Source of the DNA: Glaucostegus cemiculus
Taxonomy: Eukaryota
DNA length: 64,000 bases
Direction: 5' to 3'
Assembly: GCA_976551045.1 (NCBI GenBank)
Contig: CDPCPM010000054.1
Coordinates: 11,780,001 to 11,844,000, forward strand
Of this stretch, positions 1 to 14,065 are shown in pieces. How positions within the stretch are numbered: the stretch's first letter is position 1; the number at the start of each line of letters is the position of its first letter. The notes below the pieces were generated by a model that made no database searches, was not told the DNA's origin, and saw only the letters and a list, made by a program, of their open reading frames with translations. A program made the position numbers and the translations under genes.

Positions 1-206
1 TGTAAGTCATCCATCTATGGTATTGGCTCAATTTTTCTCTCTCCATTAGCACAGCCTGACCCACTGAGCACATCCTTCAGCCCTGCACCTGTTTCATATC
101 TTTTTGTACTCAAATGTTTGTATTATCACTCTAACTTCTCCTGTTAACCCATTGACCAATGTGAGCACAGCAAGCTCCCATTTAAATAAGTACTATTTGC
201 ATACAG

Positions 207-652
207 CTGGGCACGTCCCTCCCCACCATCGGTGGTATCTACAGGAGGCACTGCCTCAAGAACGCAACATCCATCATAAAGATCCCCACCATCCGGGCCA
301 TGCCATCTATTCACATCTACTATTGGGCAGGAGGTACAGAAGGCTGAAGTCCCACACCACCAGGTTCAAGAACAGCTACTTCCCTTCAACCATTTGGTTC
401 TTGAACCAACCAGCAAAACCCTAATCACCACTACAGTTTAGCAACACTCTGACCACTCTAATCACTTTGCACTAAAATGGTCTTTTTTAAAAATTCTAGT
501 TTTTTTCTTACAAAAATTGTGTATAATTTATGTTTTTCTTGTGAATGCTGCTTATCTGATGCTATGTGCCTGTGATGCTGCTGCAAGTAAGTTTTTTGTT
601 GCACCTGCCCATACATGTACTAATGCATATGACAATAAACTCAGCTTTGACT
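207..652 (+). mobile_element. Rex1/Babar-like LINE 3' fragment
   Basis: Encodes a degenerate C-terminus (..KDPHHPGHAIYSHLLLGRRYRRLKSHTTRFKNSYFPSTI) matching the end of the RT ORF at 52817-53188; ends in gacaataaac plus a short repeat tail. Confidence 0.75.
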
Positions 653-3639
653 TTGAACAGACCCTTCAGCCCACTGAGTCTGTGCCAACCACCAACTATC
701 CACTTACACTGAACCCATTTTATTCTCCCCACATTCCTGTCAACTTTCCCCAGACTCTTCCACTCCCCCAGAAAGTAGGGGCAATTTACAGCGGCCAACT
801 AACCCACTGACCCACATGACCCAGGTGCAGGGGGAAACTGGAGCAGCCTCTCCCACTGACAGCAACGTGATGATCACAACACCAAAACTTGCTTTAGTGA
901 TTTTGACTGAGGAATAAATATTAGGCAGGACACTAGCAATGACTCTACAATCCATCCCCTTGACATCCCTGGCCTCACAGATATTCTCTTTGCCCTCTCC
1001 ATCCATCACACACCCTGTCTGCCAGTTAAAAGTAATTTGTTTCCTCGTCTTTCCCATTGCTGATGAAAGATTTTCAACCTGAACCGTCAACTCTGGGTTT
1101 CTATCTGCAGATGCTGCCTGACCTGCCGAATAGTTCCAGAACTTTCTGTTCTTCTTTTAGATTTCAAGGATCTGCAGTTTTTTGATTTCTATTTATTGCC
1201 GGGAAACTGCCTCTTGTAGTGCCCTGCCCAATATTTATTCCTCAATCAGAATCTCCAAAGCAAGTTTTGGTGTGGTGACTATCACATTGTGCTTGCTGCT
1301 TAGCTCATCTTGACTGAACTTTTAAAAGGCATTTTATTGGTTGTCAAAGAGTGTTGGAAAAATGCATCTACATTTTTTGTACTCTCTTGAGTTAATTACA
1401 TACTGATGAAGATTACTGTTTCATCCCCCTGTTGATTGCATGGCTCCTTCTTCGTTACTGTTGGGTTATTGAGCAGATCTGCACACGATTTAGACTGGCA
1501 CCTCAGGACGAGAGGCAAATTCTTAAAATTAAGAGCCTAGCCTTTCAGAAGTGAAGTTACATCAACAAGAACTGTGTGGTGGAAGCTTTGGAGTTCACTT
1601 CTGCAAAGAACAATTGTTATTGGATCATTTGTTTCCCAAATCACGGAAAATTTACAATATAGAAGGAGACCCTATGTCCCATCACATGTAGATCAGTCAG
1701 AATAGAGCAACCCAGCATTATCCTGTCTTCCTGCATGGGATCCATGGCCTGCATATCACAGTTCTTCAGTTACTTATCAAGTACATTCAGTCCTCATTGT
1801 CCACTTGCTATTTGCAGATCCCTGGTACTTGGCCATGTTACTGGGAGTACTGGTAAACTTAGTGTGTTCCCCCAGAGTGCACTCCTGTGTGGCTGGTGGA
1901 TTCTGTTTACCATGAGAAGGATTGCATTTGAACTATGAATAGTAGGTGTGCGGCTGGAGTCGGGGTCGGGATCTGGAACATTGGTGTCACGAATGTGGGT
2001 TGGTTTGTTTTGACAAGCTAAAATGAACATAGATGTTGTTTTACTCACAGAGGGCTTGATCACTGTATGACATTTCTGCCTTGGTGTCATTGCCAGCAAC
2101 CTTAGAGGTAACTGAATTCTTGTTGTTTTCCATTGGAAGTCTTGCCCCTATCCCTTGTCAATAACAAGGACTCAGTGTGCTCTTTAAATGTGGTGAGAGT
2201 TTCTACCTCCACCACTCTTTCAGCCAGTGAGTACTGGATCACCCACTGGGTTGAAACATCTTTTCCTCCTCCTCCTCCCAATTATTTTAAATCTATGTTC
2301 CCTGGTTTTTTGGCTCCTCTGTTTTGGGAAGTGGCCTTTCTTATTTACTCTATCAAGGCCCTTCATTTTACAAACTTTAATTAAATCATCCCTTGGCTTC
2401 CTCTGATTGGATAGGCTGGGCCTATCCAATCTTCCCTCAGAGCTAAACTTGTCTAGTGCTGACAACATTAGTTATTTTTGAGTCTAAGTTGGAAAGATTT
2501 TAGTTAGTTAGAGCGTTGCAGGATATGACACCAAAGCAAGGGAGGTCACTGATCAAGTATGATCTTATCAGATGGTGGAGAGTCTCAAGATCTGATCAAA
2601 AATCTCAATCTGATCCTATATTCCTAGCTTGGTGCAGTATGAGGTCTTATTGCAATGTTAGAAGCAAAATTATTGAATGGAGATGTTGAAGCAAGGCCTT
2701 GGCATCTTTTATGGGCAATGTGAAAGATCGTAGGCTTTGTTTTAATCCTTCAATCAACTGATTGCTTATTTCACTATAGGAGCTTGCTGTAAGTAAATTG
2801 GCTATCAGTGATCATCTACATTATAACTATCAACATTCAAGTGTAATTCATTAGTAATGAGGCACTAAAGGACATCCTGTGTAAAATAACTGTTTCCACA
2901 TTGTAGTATTCTTACAACAAATACCAACAAGCACAATGATACAAGAGATTATTGGGATTAAATATAAAGGTGCAGCATTTGTCACTTTCCAATCAGTTTC
3001 ATTTGAAAGGATGCTTGAAAAATAGTTAAGATTTCATGCTTCTGCTCCCAACCTCAGCAGTCCAGGAACACATGAAATAAGAGCACAAGTAGGTGATGTC
3101 CCTGAAACCTTCTCTGGTATTCCATAAAATCATTGCTTTCCCAGTTTGTCTCCCTATCCCTTAATTCTCTTAGTGTGGAAAGAATTTATCAGCCTTAGCC
3201 CTGAATATACACAATGGCTTCCAGAGTGGATATTTCCAAAGACTTGCAACTGAAGATATTTTTCCTCATCTCAGTCTTAAGTGACTAATTACTTATGCTG
3301 AGATTAATTACCATCTGGTTCCAGCAGTTTTTTTTTTACCTTTTACTGCCAGTTACAATTTGCATTAAATATTAATATCCAGTAACAGCTCTTCAGCATC
3401 CATCTGAAAGACTCCTGCTTTCACTAACCTCAATAACAACAGGCAATGCTATTGCTTTTTGTTCTATATATTAACTGGAGTACATCATCAGTAACTGGTC
3501 TCATTTATATTTAACAGCAAAGGGCATTTAGATACAATTGTATTTAACAAAGATGCAGTGAAGATGCTGCATTATTGAAATCACAGGAAAAAAACATTGC
3601 GAGGTACAAAAGTGGAACTCCACCCCCACTCACCCCACC

Positions 3640-3905
3640 CCCAAACAGAGGTATGGAAACTAGAGGGCATAGTTTTAAGGTAAGGGATAGGAGGTTTAGA
3701 GGGGATCTGGAGAAGAAATTTTTCAAGCAGTGGGTAGTTGGAATCTGGGACACACTGCCTAAGTGTTTGATGGAAGTAGGTACTCTTTCAACTGTTAGAT
3801 GTATCTAGCCAAGCACTTGAATCACCAAGGCATAGAACACTATGGACCAAGTGGGGTTCATATACATTGGCACTTGATGTTGGCCAAACGTGATGTCTGA
3901 CTGTA
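3640..3905 (+). mobile_element. CR1 LINE 3' fragment
   Basis: ETRGHSFKVRDRRFRGDLEKKFFKQWVVGIWDTLP, the typical CR1 ORF2 C-terminus. Confidence 0.75.
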
Positions 3906-4055
3906 TGAGATATTCAAAAAGGTGGCCCAAAGTTTAGTCAAAGTAGCAATTACTTAAAGGTGGAGGAGAAAGGCAAAGAGATGGAGAGGATTAGTGAGGG
4001 AATTCCAGAGCTTAAAGCCATGGACGTTGGAGACCTGACCATCAGTGATGGATGA

Positions 4056-4353
4056 GGGCAGGCACAGTAGCATAGCAGTTAGTGTAACGCTTTACAGCAC
4101 CAGCAACCCCGGTTCAATTCCGGCCGCTGTCTGGAAGGAGTTTGTATGTTCTCCCTGTGTCTGTGTGGGTTTCCTCCGATTGTTCCGGTTTCCACCCACA
4201 TTCCAAAGACATGTGGGTTAGGAAGTTGTGGGCATGCTATGTTGGCACTGGAAGTGCAGTGACACTTGCAGGCTACCCCCAGAACACACTATGCAAAAAA
4301 AAGATGCATTTCATTGTGTGTTTCAATGTACATGTGACTAATAAAGCTATCTT
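4056..4353 (+). mobile_element. tRNA-derived V-SINE (HE1-like) with Rex1-like tail
   Basis: tRNA-like head with B box (ggttcaattcc), V-core gtgtgggtttcctcc..tccggtttcc..ccacattc, tail tttcattgtgtgtttcaatgtacatgtgactaataaag. Confidence 0.8.
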
Positions 4354-5539
4354 AGAAACAAAAGTTAGGGATGCGTAAGCAGCTAGAAACTGTAGCAGCT
4401 CTTTCCTTTCCTACCTGTTCTTACAAGACTTGAAGGCAAAAATTTGGTTGACACGCAATGCTAAGTGCTGGTCCGTCAGAAGTGCCAGCCTTCAGGTGAG
4501 ACGTTGATCTAAGGTTCCACCTGCTCTCCAAGGTGAACATTGAATATCTCCATGGGACTATTTTGACAAAGAGCAAAGGAACCATCTCTGCTATCCTGGG
4601 ACCAACATTTATCCCTCAGCCAACAACTAAAACAGAGACACTGCCGAGTGTCACACTGCTAGATGCTGAAAGCTGATGTGTGCAAATTGGCCGTTGTGTT
4701 TCCTACACTCAAATTTACTTCAAAGGCTGTGAAGTCTTTGGTATGTCTTGAGCTCAAGACAGATGTATATAACTGCAAGTCTTTATTGCTAACTCATTTA
4801 AAGTACTCCTGCTTGCTCATCAAAGAGATTACCACTGTCCCGTTCCACAACTATCATTGATGTTCCTGAAACTGTTAATACATTCTTCTCAGGTGGTTAT
4901 CAACGCTGGTTGTGAAAAGGTGATACATGTAGCTACCAAGTGCAGAACTAACAAACACACCAATAATGACAGAATCCCAATATGAAGTCTGTTTCTCTGT
5001 GCTGTCGGTCTCTAGTCAATTCACTGCTGCTATTTAATCAAAATTATATTTAAAAAATATAGAGTTAAATGGTTTAGTTTTAATGTTGTTTTTCTCAGAT
5101 GTCTCCCTGTTTTCAATAACTTCACCAAAATTAGATCTTTGGGTTCCTACCTAATCTTAAATAGGAGACAGCGACAGGCTGAAATCACCAATCGTAAATA
5201 ACTTGTTGCATGCCGCTTTTTGTAACTTTCTGCACATGCAGAAAGACAATACAAGTTAAGACTAATGGCGTAGCTAGGATTGCCAGCCATACAGGAGTCT
5301 CCAGGAATATCAGTTGCTGGTTGTCCTCCCTTCTGCACATTTACTTCTATTGAAGCTAATGGAATCAGTTGTGTCAGGTGTACAACTGGCAGCCAGTCCA
5401 GCCAGAAAATTTGTGGTCCTCCCCCTTTTTGTTTGATTATAAAAAGTAGAGGGAAGGCCTCGCTGAGAATTGGGAGTTGCCTCAATTAGCTAACAACGAG
5501 CCTGTTTGCTGTCTGATAGGCTGAGAAGGCAGTGTGGGC

Positions 5540-6906
5540 ATAGAACAATACAGCACAGAACAGGCCCTTCAGCCCATCAAGCTGTGCCATCCTACAAACA
5601 TCTCCCAAACTAACTCTTTCCACCCTCATATCCTACTATTCCACATTCTTCCATGTGCTTATCTAACAATCTCTTAAACCTGTCCAACGTATCTGCCTCC
5701 ACTACCACCTCAGGCAGTGCATTCCATGCACCAACCACTCTCTGGGTGAAAAACTTCCCTCTGACATCTCCCCTATACTTTCCACCAATTATCTTAAAGG
5801 CATGCCCTCTCGTCTTGAGCATCTGCGCTCTGGGAAAGAGGCACTGACTATTAACTCTATCTATTCCTCTCAATATCTTAAACACCTCTATCAAGTCCCC
5901 TCTCATCCTCCTCCTCTCTAATGAGTAGAGCACCTAGCACCTTAAGCCTCTCTTTATATTCCATACCCTCCAATCCAGGCATCATCCTGGTAAATCGCCT
6001 CTGCACCCTCTCCAATGCCTCCACATCCTTCCTATAATGCTGGCGACCAGAACTGAACACAATATTCCAAGTGCGGCCTAACTAGAGTTTTGTAAAGCAG
6101 CATCATCACCCCTTTGCTCTTGAACTCAATCCCTTTATTTATAAAAGCCAACATCCCATAAGCCTTCTTAACAGCCCTATCCACCTGCGAGGCAACTTTG
6201 AGTGAACTGTGGATATGAACCCCCAGATCCCTCTGCTCCTCTACACTGCCAAGAACCTTGCTATTTACCTTATACTCTGTCCTGGAGTTTGTCCTCCCAA
6301 AGTGCACCACCTCACACTTCTCCGGATTAAACTCCATCTGCCACCTGTCAGCCCAGTTTTGCATCCTATCAATATCCCCCTGTAAGCTCCTACAGTCCTC
6401 CACACTATCTACCACACCACTGATCTTGGTGTCATCTGCAAACTTACCAACCCATCCCTCCACTCCTTCATCTAAATCATCTATGAATATAACAAAGAGT
6501 AGAGGCCCCAGAACTGATCCCTGTGGGACTCCACTAGTCACAGCCCTCCAATCCGAGGGCACTTCCTCCACCATAACCCTCTGCCTTCTACAGGAAAGCC
6601 AATTTCTTATCCACACAGCCAACCTCCCCTGGATACCTCGACCTCTGATCTTCTGAAGAAGCCTGCCATGAGGAACCTTATCGAACGCCTTACTAAAATC
6701 CATATACACTACATCCACCGCCCTGCCCTCATCAAGCTTCCTTGTCACCTCCTCAAAGAACTCTATCAGGCTCGTGAGGCAAGATCTTCCCTTCACAAAG
6801 CCATGCTGACTGTCCCTAATCAGTCCATGACTCTCCAAGTGCTCATAGATACTATTCCTCAAAATCCTTTCCAACAGCTTACCTACCACAGATGTGAGAC
6901 TCACCG
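5540..6906 (-). mobile_element. 5'-truncated CR1 LINE with nearly intact RT domain
   Basis: ORF 6032-6904 contains YMDFSKAFDKVPH, SGVPQGSVLGPLLF and KFADDTK. Two frameshifts lead on to YRKDVEALERVQRRFTRM and LYSLERRRMRGDLIE..TRGH..WNALP. CR1-type 3' UTR near 5540-5600. Confidence 0.95.
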
Positions 6907-6914
6907 TTGAGTGA

Positions 6915-7320
6915 ATTAGAGTTAGAATTGTTTATTATTGTCACATGTACCGTGATACAGTAAAAAGCTTTTGTTTGCATACCATCCACACAGATCATTT
7001 CATATACAAATACATTGAGGTAGTAAAAAGAGAGATACAATGCAGAATATAGTGTTACAGAAAGAGTGCAGGCAAACAACTAAAGCACAAGGGCCATGAC
7101 AAGGTAGATCAAGAGTTCTTATCTTTTGGATTATAAGAGATCCATCAAGAATCTGATAACAGTGGATAGAAGCTGTCCTTGAGCTTTCATATCTTCTGCC
7201 CAATGAGAGAGGGGAGAAGAGAGAATGATCAGAGTGGGAAGGGTCCTTGATTATGTTGGCTGCTTTCCCGAGGCAGCAGGAAGTGTAGACAGAGTCAATG
7301 GAAGGGAGGCTGGTTTACAT
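6915..7320 (-). mobile_element. Rex1/Babar-like LINE 3' end
   Basis: Reverse complement of the tail ..tttactgtatcacggtacatgtgacaataataa; same family as 15040-16120 and 55890-56421. Confidence 0.7.
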
Positions 7321-10300
7321 GAGTGACCAGCAGAATGTGGAGTTGAGGTGGCTTCAAGTCATGCGATCATGCTTCCAAGTGTATACCAACCTTAAGCAAG
7401 ATGGCATTTGAGTTGAGGATGAAGGTTGACTTGAGATAGACACCGATTTCTGTCAATGTTTGTGCTGTATACAAACCGTGTATTCTTAATGCGAGCCCTT
7501 TGGAACTGGACAGACACTAGTTTCATGGGTTTCTCAGGAGAGATGCCTGATGACCTTTAACAGTAATGGAGTTTAAGGCAGAGATTTACCATCATTGTTG
7601 ATATCCTGCCAAATTTTTTTTGAAACCACTGATTTGTGGTTGACATAGGAATAATCAAGAGTTACTGTGTGAAATATAAGAACTAGTAACGTTGATTTAA
7701 GAGCTTTGCTGTCGAGAGTTATGTAATGCATAGCCAAAGCTTCACACTTTTCTGTGTGTGTGCATTATATAATGCCCTACTGAGGCACTCTGCCTTTGAT
7801 ACATGAGGTGTACTGGAGCATGTAATGGTCACATTTACAACATGGCCTCAATAGATCAAAGCCTGATATTCACAGCCAATTTACGAGTCCCTGCAGTTAA
7901 AAACATCTTTCATTAACTATGACCATACTCCTTCATTACACACCAGGCCACTTAAGAACATCAATTCCTATTTTCACCATAAAATATTAAGGATGAAGAT
8001 CATTTTAACCACAATAGGAATAGAATGAAAACAGAAACAGCAAGAAATACTCAGCAGTTTTTGTGTTTGAAACAATTTTCATGCTCTGTACTTTTTCATT
8101 TTACTTTCTGTAAAGAATAACTTAGTCAGAAGGACCTAAAACACTTCAGAGATTCTAGAAAGTCCTTTTCATTCTGCTCGATATACTTGATACAGTTAAC
8201 AACTTAAAGATTCTTTAAAGATTTAACATTCACAATGTTTAAGCATTTGACATTTTTCTACTGGTTCTCCAGACCAAGGTTGCCAACTCTGCTTTGAACC
8301 TTGTCTTGCAGAGTTCATCCCCACCCCATTTCCAACTACAGGTCACCCTGTATTGCCAATCACCGTTAAAGTCTGCCTTCCCATGATATTTGGAAAGCAT
8401 GTCTTTCTTCCCCAGTTGGAAGGTTCTCGCCCATCAGTCACATTACTTCAGCTATTGCTCACTGCACTTCACCATGCCCCCAAAACCAACTACCTCCTGT
8501 ATTCTAGTGAATAATAAACAAAAGAAGGTCCTTTCTCCCTCCTCTAATTTTCTTCCTCTCAGCAATGTCTGGAGATCAACCTATGGTAACTGCAGATCCT
8601 GGAACAGTCCCGAAGGACTGACAACCCAATTCCAGACTTCCAGCCAAGAACTCAGAATTCTAACACTTGGATCTTTCTTCAAGGAGACATGACGATATTC
8701 ATCCTGGAGAACATTTCCTCCCCTTTCTCCCAGTCTTCCATGCTCTTTTTGTTCAGGCACTCCAGAATTTTCCGTGACATCACATTCTTCAACCCAAAGT
8801 GGAACAGCTTCCAACTCCATCAATGGAGCATCGTTAAAACTGTACTGAGCATCATTTTATCAAACACTGTCAGTGAACACATTTCTGAGCAGCTCTATTG
8901 CCACTACACTGTAATAAGGAGCAAATAATAAATACTTTAAGAAAAATGCAGATTTCACAACCTCAGGATGTCCAACACAGCCTTATAACCACTGAGTTGC
9001 TCTTTGTAAGCATTATCACTCCTGAATTGTAAGAGATCAGGCAGCCAATTTGCATAAAGCAAGGTCAGAACAAACAGCGGTGTAAGAATGAATTGCATGT
9101 ATAAATCACTTTTCATGACTTTGGGATGTCATCCCAAAGGGTTATAGTCAATGTGGCACTCTATAAATACAGTCACTGTTGCAGTGTTTGAAAGAGATCA
9201 GCAAGTCCCCACAAACAGCAACATGATTATGAAAAGATCTGTTCTTCCGTAGTGAGTAGCAGCTAAATATTGGGCAGGGCGTCAGGGATAATTCCCTAGC
9301 TCTTTTTCAAAATAGTACCATGATCTCTCTTATATGCTCGCAATGGAGCAAGTAAGGTTCAACGACTCATCCAAACTACAGCACTGCCTACAGTGCAACA
9401 CACCCTCAGGATTACACAGGCAGCCTAGACGTCTGTGCCTGTGTCCCTGGAGTGGGACTTGAACCCACAGTCTTCTGATTTAGCATGAGTGTGCTATCCA
9501 CAGCACACAGACCAGATAATCCGTTGTTGGGAGTGGATTTCTTAACCTGCTGATCTGCCAGACGAACGGAGTCCGCACTTGAGAGTAAGATACACATTAT
9601 GCAGCAAGAATGCCAAAAGAAATCAACAGCAGATGTATATTGTAACTGGCTGCTTGGGATAGTGCAACTGAGGTTAGACCTGGGGAGACATTTATATAGC
9701 AAGGCCTGTTTGGTTTTGCTTGAAATGAACAATGACAATTTCTCCTATCCATAAGTATTTAAGATATAATGCTGACAGCTGCATATTACATCTACTGTAC
9801 CATTGGTTGTGGAATGCTGTGGGCAGATAAGTGAGTGAGAATGGAAGATAGAATGGTGTGAAGCATCACTTGGGCATCAGAGTGGGCTGGTCTGCCATTT
9901 TATCAGGGTAAAGTAGATGTATATTAGATTTTGTTCATGAGGAGCAAAATCATGGCCTTCTGCAGAAATACTTCCTGTCAAAGCACAGAACAAATTTAGA
10001 TAGAAAATTATGACAGACCCGAGCTTCTCGAGCACATTTCACAATCTGTGGGCATCCAAGAAGTATTCCACCCAAAATGAAGAGCCTTTGTTGTTGCTGT
10101 TGTAATGCAGGAAATGTAGCAAGGAATATGTGAATAGAAAGGTGCAAAAAAAACATCCATGTGATAATGTCCAATTCATTGGTTTTGGTGATATTGACTG
10201 AGGGATAAATATTGCACAGGCCCCCGAGAAGTACCCCCGACCTTTCTTCAAAAATAGTGCCATGGAATATTTTGCCTGAGACAGCTCTCACTTAACAGCC

Positions 10301-12365
10301 GACCCAAGAAGCAATACCTCCAATTGTGTAGCCCTACTTGGAATACTTGAACCCTGAACCTTCTGCTTCAGAGGCAGGTGTGCTGCTAATTGAGCTACAG
10401 CTGACACTTGAATGGGAAGTATTTGCAGATGGGGACAGTGCAGTGGCATGTGGTAATTGGATAGCTCTTGCACAGAACTGGCACAGTCAGGATGAGCTGA
10501 ATGGTCACCTTTTGTATTATTTTATTCTATCACTCTGTAAAAGTAAATAGGATCGGCTATATTCCATCTTGGATTGGCAGCATAAAGGCAACTCCCTGCA
10601 GTGTAAATCAGGGCTCGAAGGCTAAATCTAGATTGATGCACCAAGCCTTGCCATCAGCAATGTATAATATTGCAGTGATCATGTTCCTTAATAAGGTTGG
10701 CCTTGTCCTGGTTCTCTGCCCAGTGTATTTGCATCCTAACGAAGCACAGATTATGGTAGTTAGTAGCAAACAGGAATCTGTTACTAGGTTTAGACCTTCA
10801 TAACGGAAGTGCACAAATGTGCAACTGTGGAACTAAACTAGTAAAACGCAAATGCTAGATTTAAAAGGATGTTTCAGTGATTTGCTGTTCGTGCCGAGAT
10901 TGAGAGTGAACTATTCAATCTATCACTACTGCTTATGGTTGAAAATAGAAACTCCTAGATTCGAGAACAAAAGGGACAAGTTCAGTTAGAGTCTCATGTG
11001 GGGAGAATAAATTGAAATGAATTCGCAACAGGGATATATAAATAGCAAAAGACCACACAGCCCTTTGAAGCTATTCCACCATTCAATTAGATCACAACCT
11101 AACTGTATCTTGGTTCAGTTACCACCTACCTCCTTTGGTTCCACAACCTCTAATATTCTGTTCTAACAAAAGTCAATCATTCTCAATCTATAAGTTTCTA
11201 TTCACCCCTAGTCTCAGCAGTCTTTTGAGATGAGAAGCTGAAGCTTCCACTGGCCATTGTGTGAAGAAGAGGCACCTGACATTAACCCTTAATACTTCTT
11301 ATGTAAGACCCTGGCTCCCCAACAGAGAAATGTCTGTCTGTCTATCTTTTGAAGAGAGACAGACATTTTCCCTCTGTCTACCCTTCCAGATCTTTTCATC
11401 ATTTAAAATTAAAATGTGTCCTCTTCTACTCTCAGAGAGTATACAAAGCCACTGTGAGTCCCTCACTGAATCAGACACAGTAATATTAAATCTTGTAAGG
11501 ACAATGATCAGACTCACTCGAGTTGAAATAATATCATTTAGTGAGATGGATTGAGAAGAGGGCTAGTTTTTCTATTGTTCCTTGTTAATGCAACCTCTAA
11601 ACTTGTATTAAAGATTTTACTGTAATCATTGCTCAAAAGAATCTCTCCTCAGGATGATTCAAGTACTCTCCATCCTTGCCATTCACCTTCATTAAAACAA
11701 ACCAAAAACTGATGGCATGCAGATTTCCTTTTCTCTGCACGTGCTAAGCATACACATCCCCAGACATGCAGTTGCTTAGAATTCAACAAATATTGAGTGG
11801 GGATTAAAAGGGGAGTTCTGGTGATCAAAGCCAAATTTCTAGCCTAATGTGTCCTTTTTGAATGATTTATCCCATTGCCTCAGAATTTCTGATGAAGGAC
11901 AGTTATGAGAGACTTGACATCATTAGCACAGGGCAACCCACAGCACTTTACAGCCAGTGACCTAGTTTTGAAGTGTGGTCATTGTTGTCATGATTTAAAT
12001 CCAACAACCAGTTTGCATTTAGCAACCTCCCACGAGCACAGTATGATAATGATCAGGTTATCTGTTTGTCGCAAAGGACATCAAAGAAAGATATTCAGTG
12101 TATCCTGTCTTGGCCACACAACAGCAGAATGAACGCACAAAATGATGCTTTCTTTAAAGTGGTGCCGTGGTCAATTTGTGGGATCCCTTGGCTCTGAAGC
12201 TGGAACCGCAGGCTCACTGGTTAGATGCTAGGCTTGTATTATCGCTTCTGTGATAGCTTCAAATGGATTTAAATAATCAGCCATAATCAAACTTCCTCTG
12301 GTATTTCAAATAGTCCTGCCCCCAAAACTGATGAGACTAAATGTACCAAATGATGTAGCCAAATG

Positions 12366-12648
12366 GGTAGCGGTTAGTGTAACACTATGACAGCACCAGC
12401 GACCCGGGTTCAATTCTGGCCACTGTCTGTAAGGAGTTTGTATCTTCTTCCCTGTGACTGTGTGGGTTTCCTCCGGGTGCTCCAGTTTCCTCCCACATTC
12501 CAAAGATGTACAGGTTAGGAAGTTGTGGGCATGCTATGTCGGTGCTGGAAGTATGGCAACACTTGCGGGCTGCCCCCAGAACACACTACACAAAGATGCT
12601 TTTCACTCTGTGTTTCAGTGTATGTGTGACTAATAAAGATATCTTCTT
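12366..12648 (+). mobile_element. V-SINE (HE1-like) with Rex1-like tail
   Basis: Same head, core and tail as 4056-4353. Confidence 0.8.
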
Positions 12649-12829
12649 TATCAGTGCTTGCCTGATGATCAACTTTTCTTTGCAATTAAGTTTCATGGTG
12701 ATGCATTAGCTTTGTCTTGTTATAACAATAACCTGTCATTTACCAAAGGAATAACAGCAAGAATTTGTATATATTTAGCATAATAAAAAATCAGAGTTAG
12801 CATAGTTAAACATTTGCAATGACACAAAG

Positions 12830-13190
12830 ATTGGTTGACTTGTGGACAGTGTAGAGGGCTGTCAAAGGATACAGCAGAATATAGATCAGTTACAGACATG
12901 GGCAGAGAAAATGGCAGATGGAGTTTAATCCGAGCAAGTGTGAGGTGTTGCGCCTTGGGAGGGCAAATGTAAGGCGAAAATATAGTTAATGGCAGGACCC
13001 TTAAGTGCATTGTTGTACAGAGGGATCTTGGGGGTCCAAGTCCATAAATCCCTGAAAACGGCCATGCACATAGATAGGGTGATAAAGGTGGTGTATGGCA
13101 TGCTTGCCTTCATTGGTCAGGGCATTGAGTATGAGTCAAGAAGTCAGGTTGCAGCCATATAAAACATTGGTCAGGCTGTACTTGGAGTTA
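12830..13190 (+). mobile_element. CR1 RT fragment
   Basis: Degenerate WQMEFN..KCEV..RDLGVQVH..SLK..VIKVVYGMLAFIG, homologous to the CR1 at 5540-6906. Confidence 0.7.
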
Positions 13191-13191
13191 G

Positions 13192-13486
13192 ATAAGATAA
13201 GATTTCTTTATTAGTCACATGTACATCGAAACACATAGTGAAATGCATCTTTCGTGTAGAGTGTTCTGGGGGCAGCCCACAAGTGTCACCACACTTCCAG
13301 TGCCAACATGGCATGCCCACAGCTTCCTAACCCATATGTCTTTGGAATGTGGGAGGAAACCGGAGCACCCAGAGGAAACCCATGCAGACACAGGGAGAAC
13401 ATACAAATTCCTTACAGACAGCAGCTGGAATTGAACCCCGGTCGCTGGCGCTGTAATAGCATTACGCTAACTGCTACACTACTGTG
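13192..13486 (-). mobile_element. V-SINE (HE1-like) with Rex1-like tail
   Basis: Reverse-complement copy of the 4056-4353 family. Confidence 0.8.
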
Positions 13487-13684
13487 GTAGCCATTTCTGG
13501 TTGCCCCATTACAGGCAGCTTTGGAAAGGGTGCAGAAGAAGCAGCAATACGTTTCAGGATGGTGCATGGTTTAGGGGAGAATGTAGAAGTGGAGATGGAG
13601 AGATTTGAAGTGCCCTTTCGCAACCCCAACAAAAGCTTACAAACCTACGGCAAAGATTCATTAAAAGCAGTTTGCACATGGACT

Positions 13685-14065
13685 GGTGGCCAGTGGTACA
13701 GCTAGTAGAGCCACTACCTTGTGGTGCCAGAGACCCGGGTTCAGACCTGACCTCAGGTGCTGTCTGTGTGGAGTTTGCAGGTTTTCCCTGTGACCACATA
13801 GATTTCCTCTGGGTGCTCTGGTTTCCCTCCACATTGCAAAGATGTGCAGACTGGGTTCAATAGGTTACTTGGCCACTGTCCACTGTAGATTGTCCACAGT
13901 GTGTAGGTGACTGGTACAATTGGGGGGGGCACAGGGTGGGGGGAAGTTGATGAGAATGTGGAGAGAATAAAAAATGGGATGAGTGTAGAATAGTGTAAAT
14001 GGGTGGTTGGTGCTCAGCATGGACTCGGTGGGCCGAAGGGGCTGTTTCTGTGCTGTACCTCTCTG
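13685..14065 (+). mobile_element. V-SINE with CR1-type tail
   Basis: tRNA-like head, degenerate V core, tail ggactcggtgggccgaaggggctgtttctgtgctgta. Confidence 0.65.
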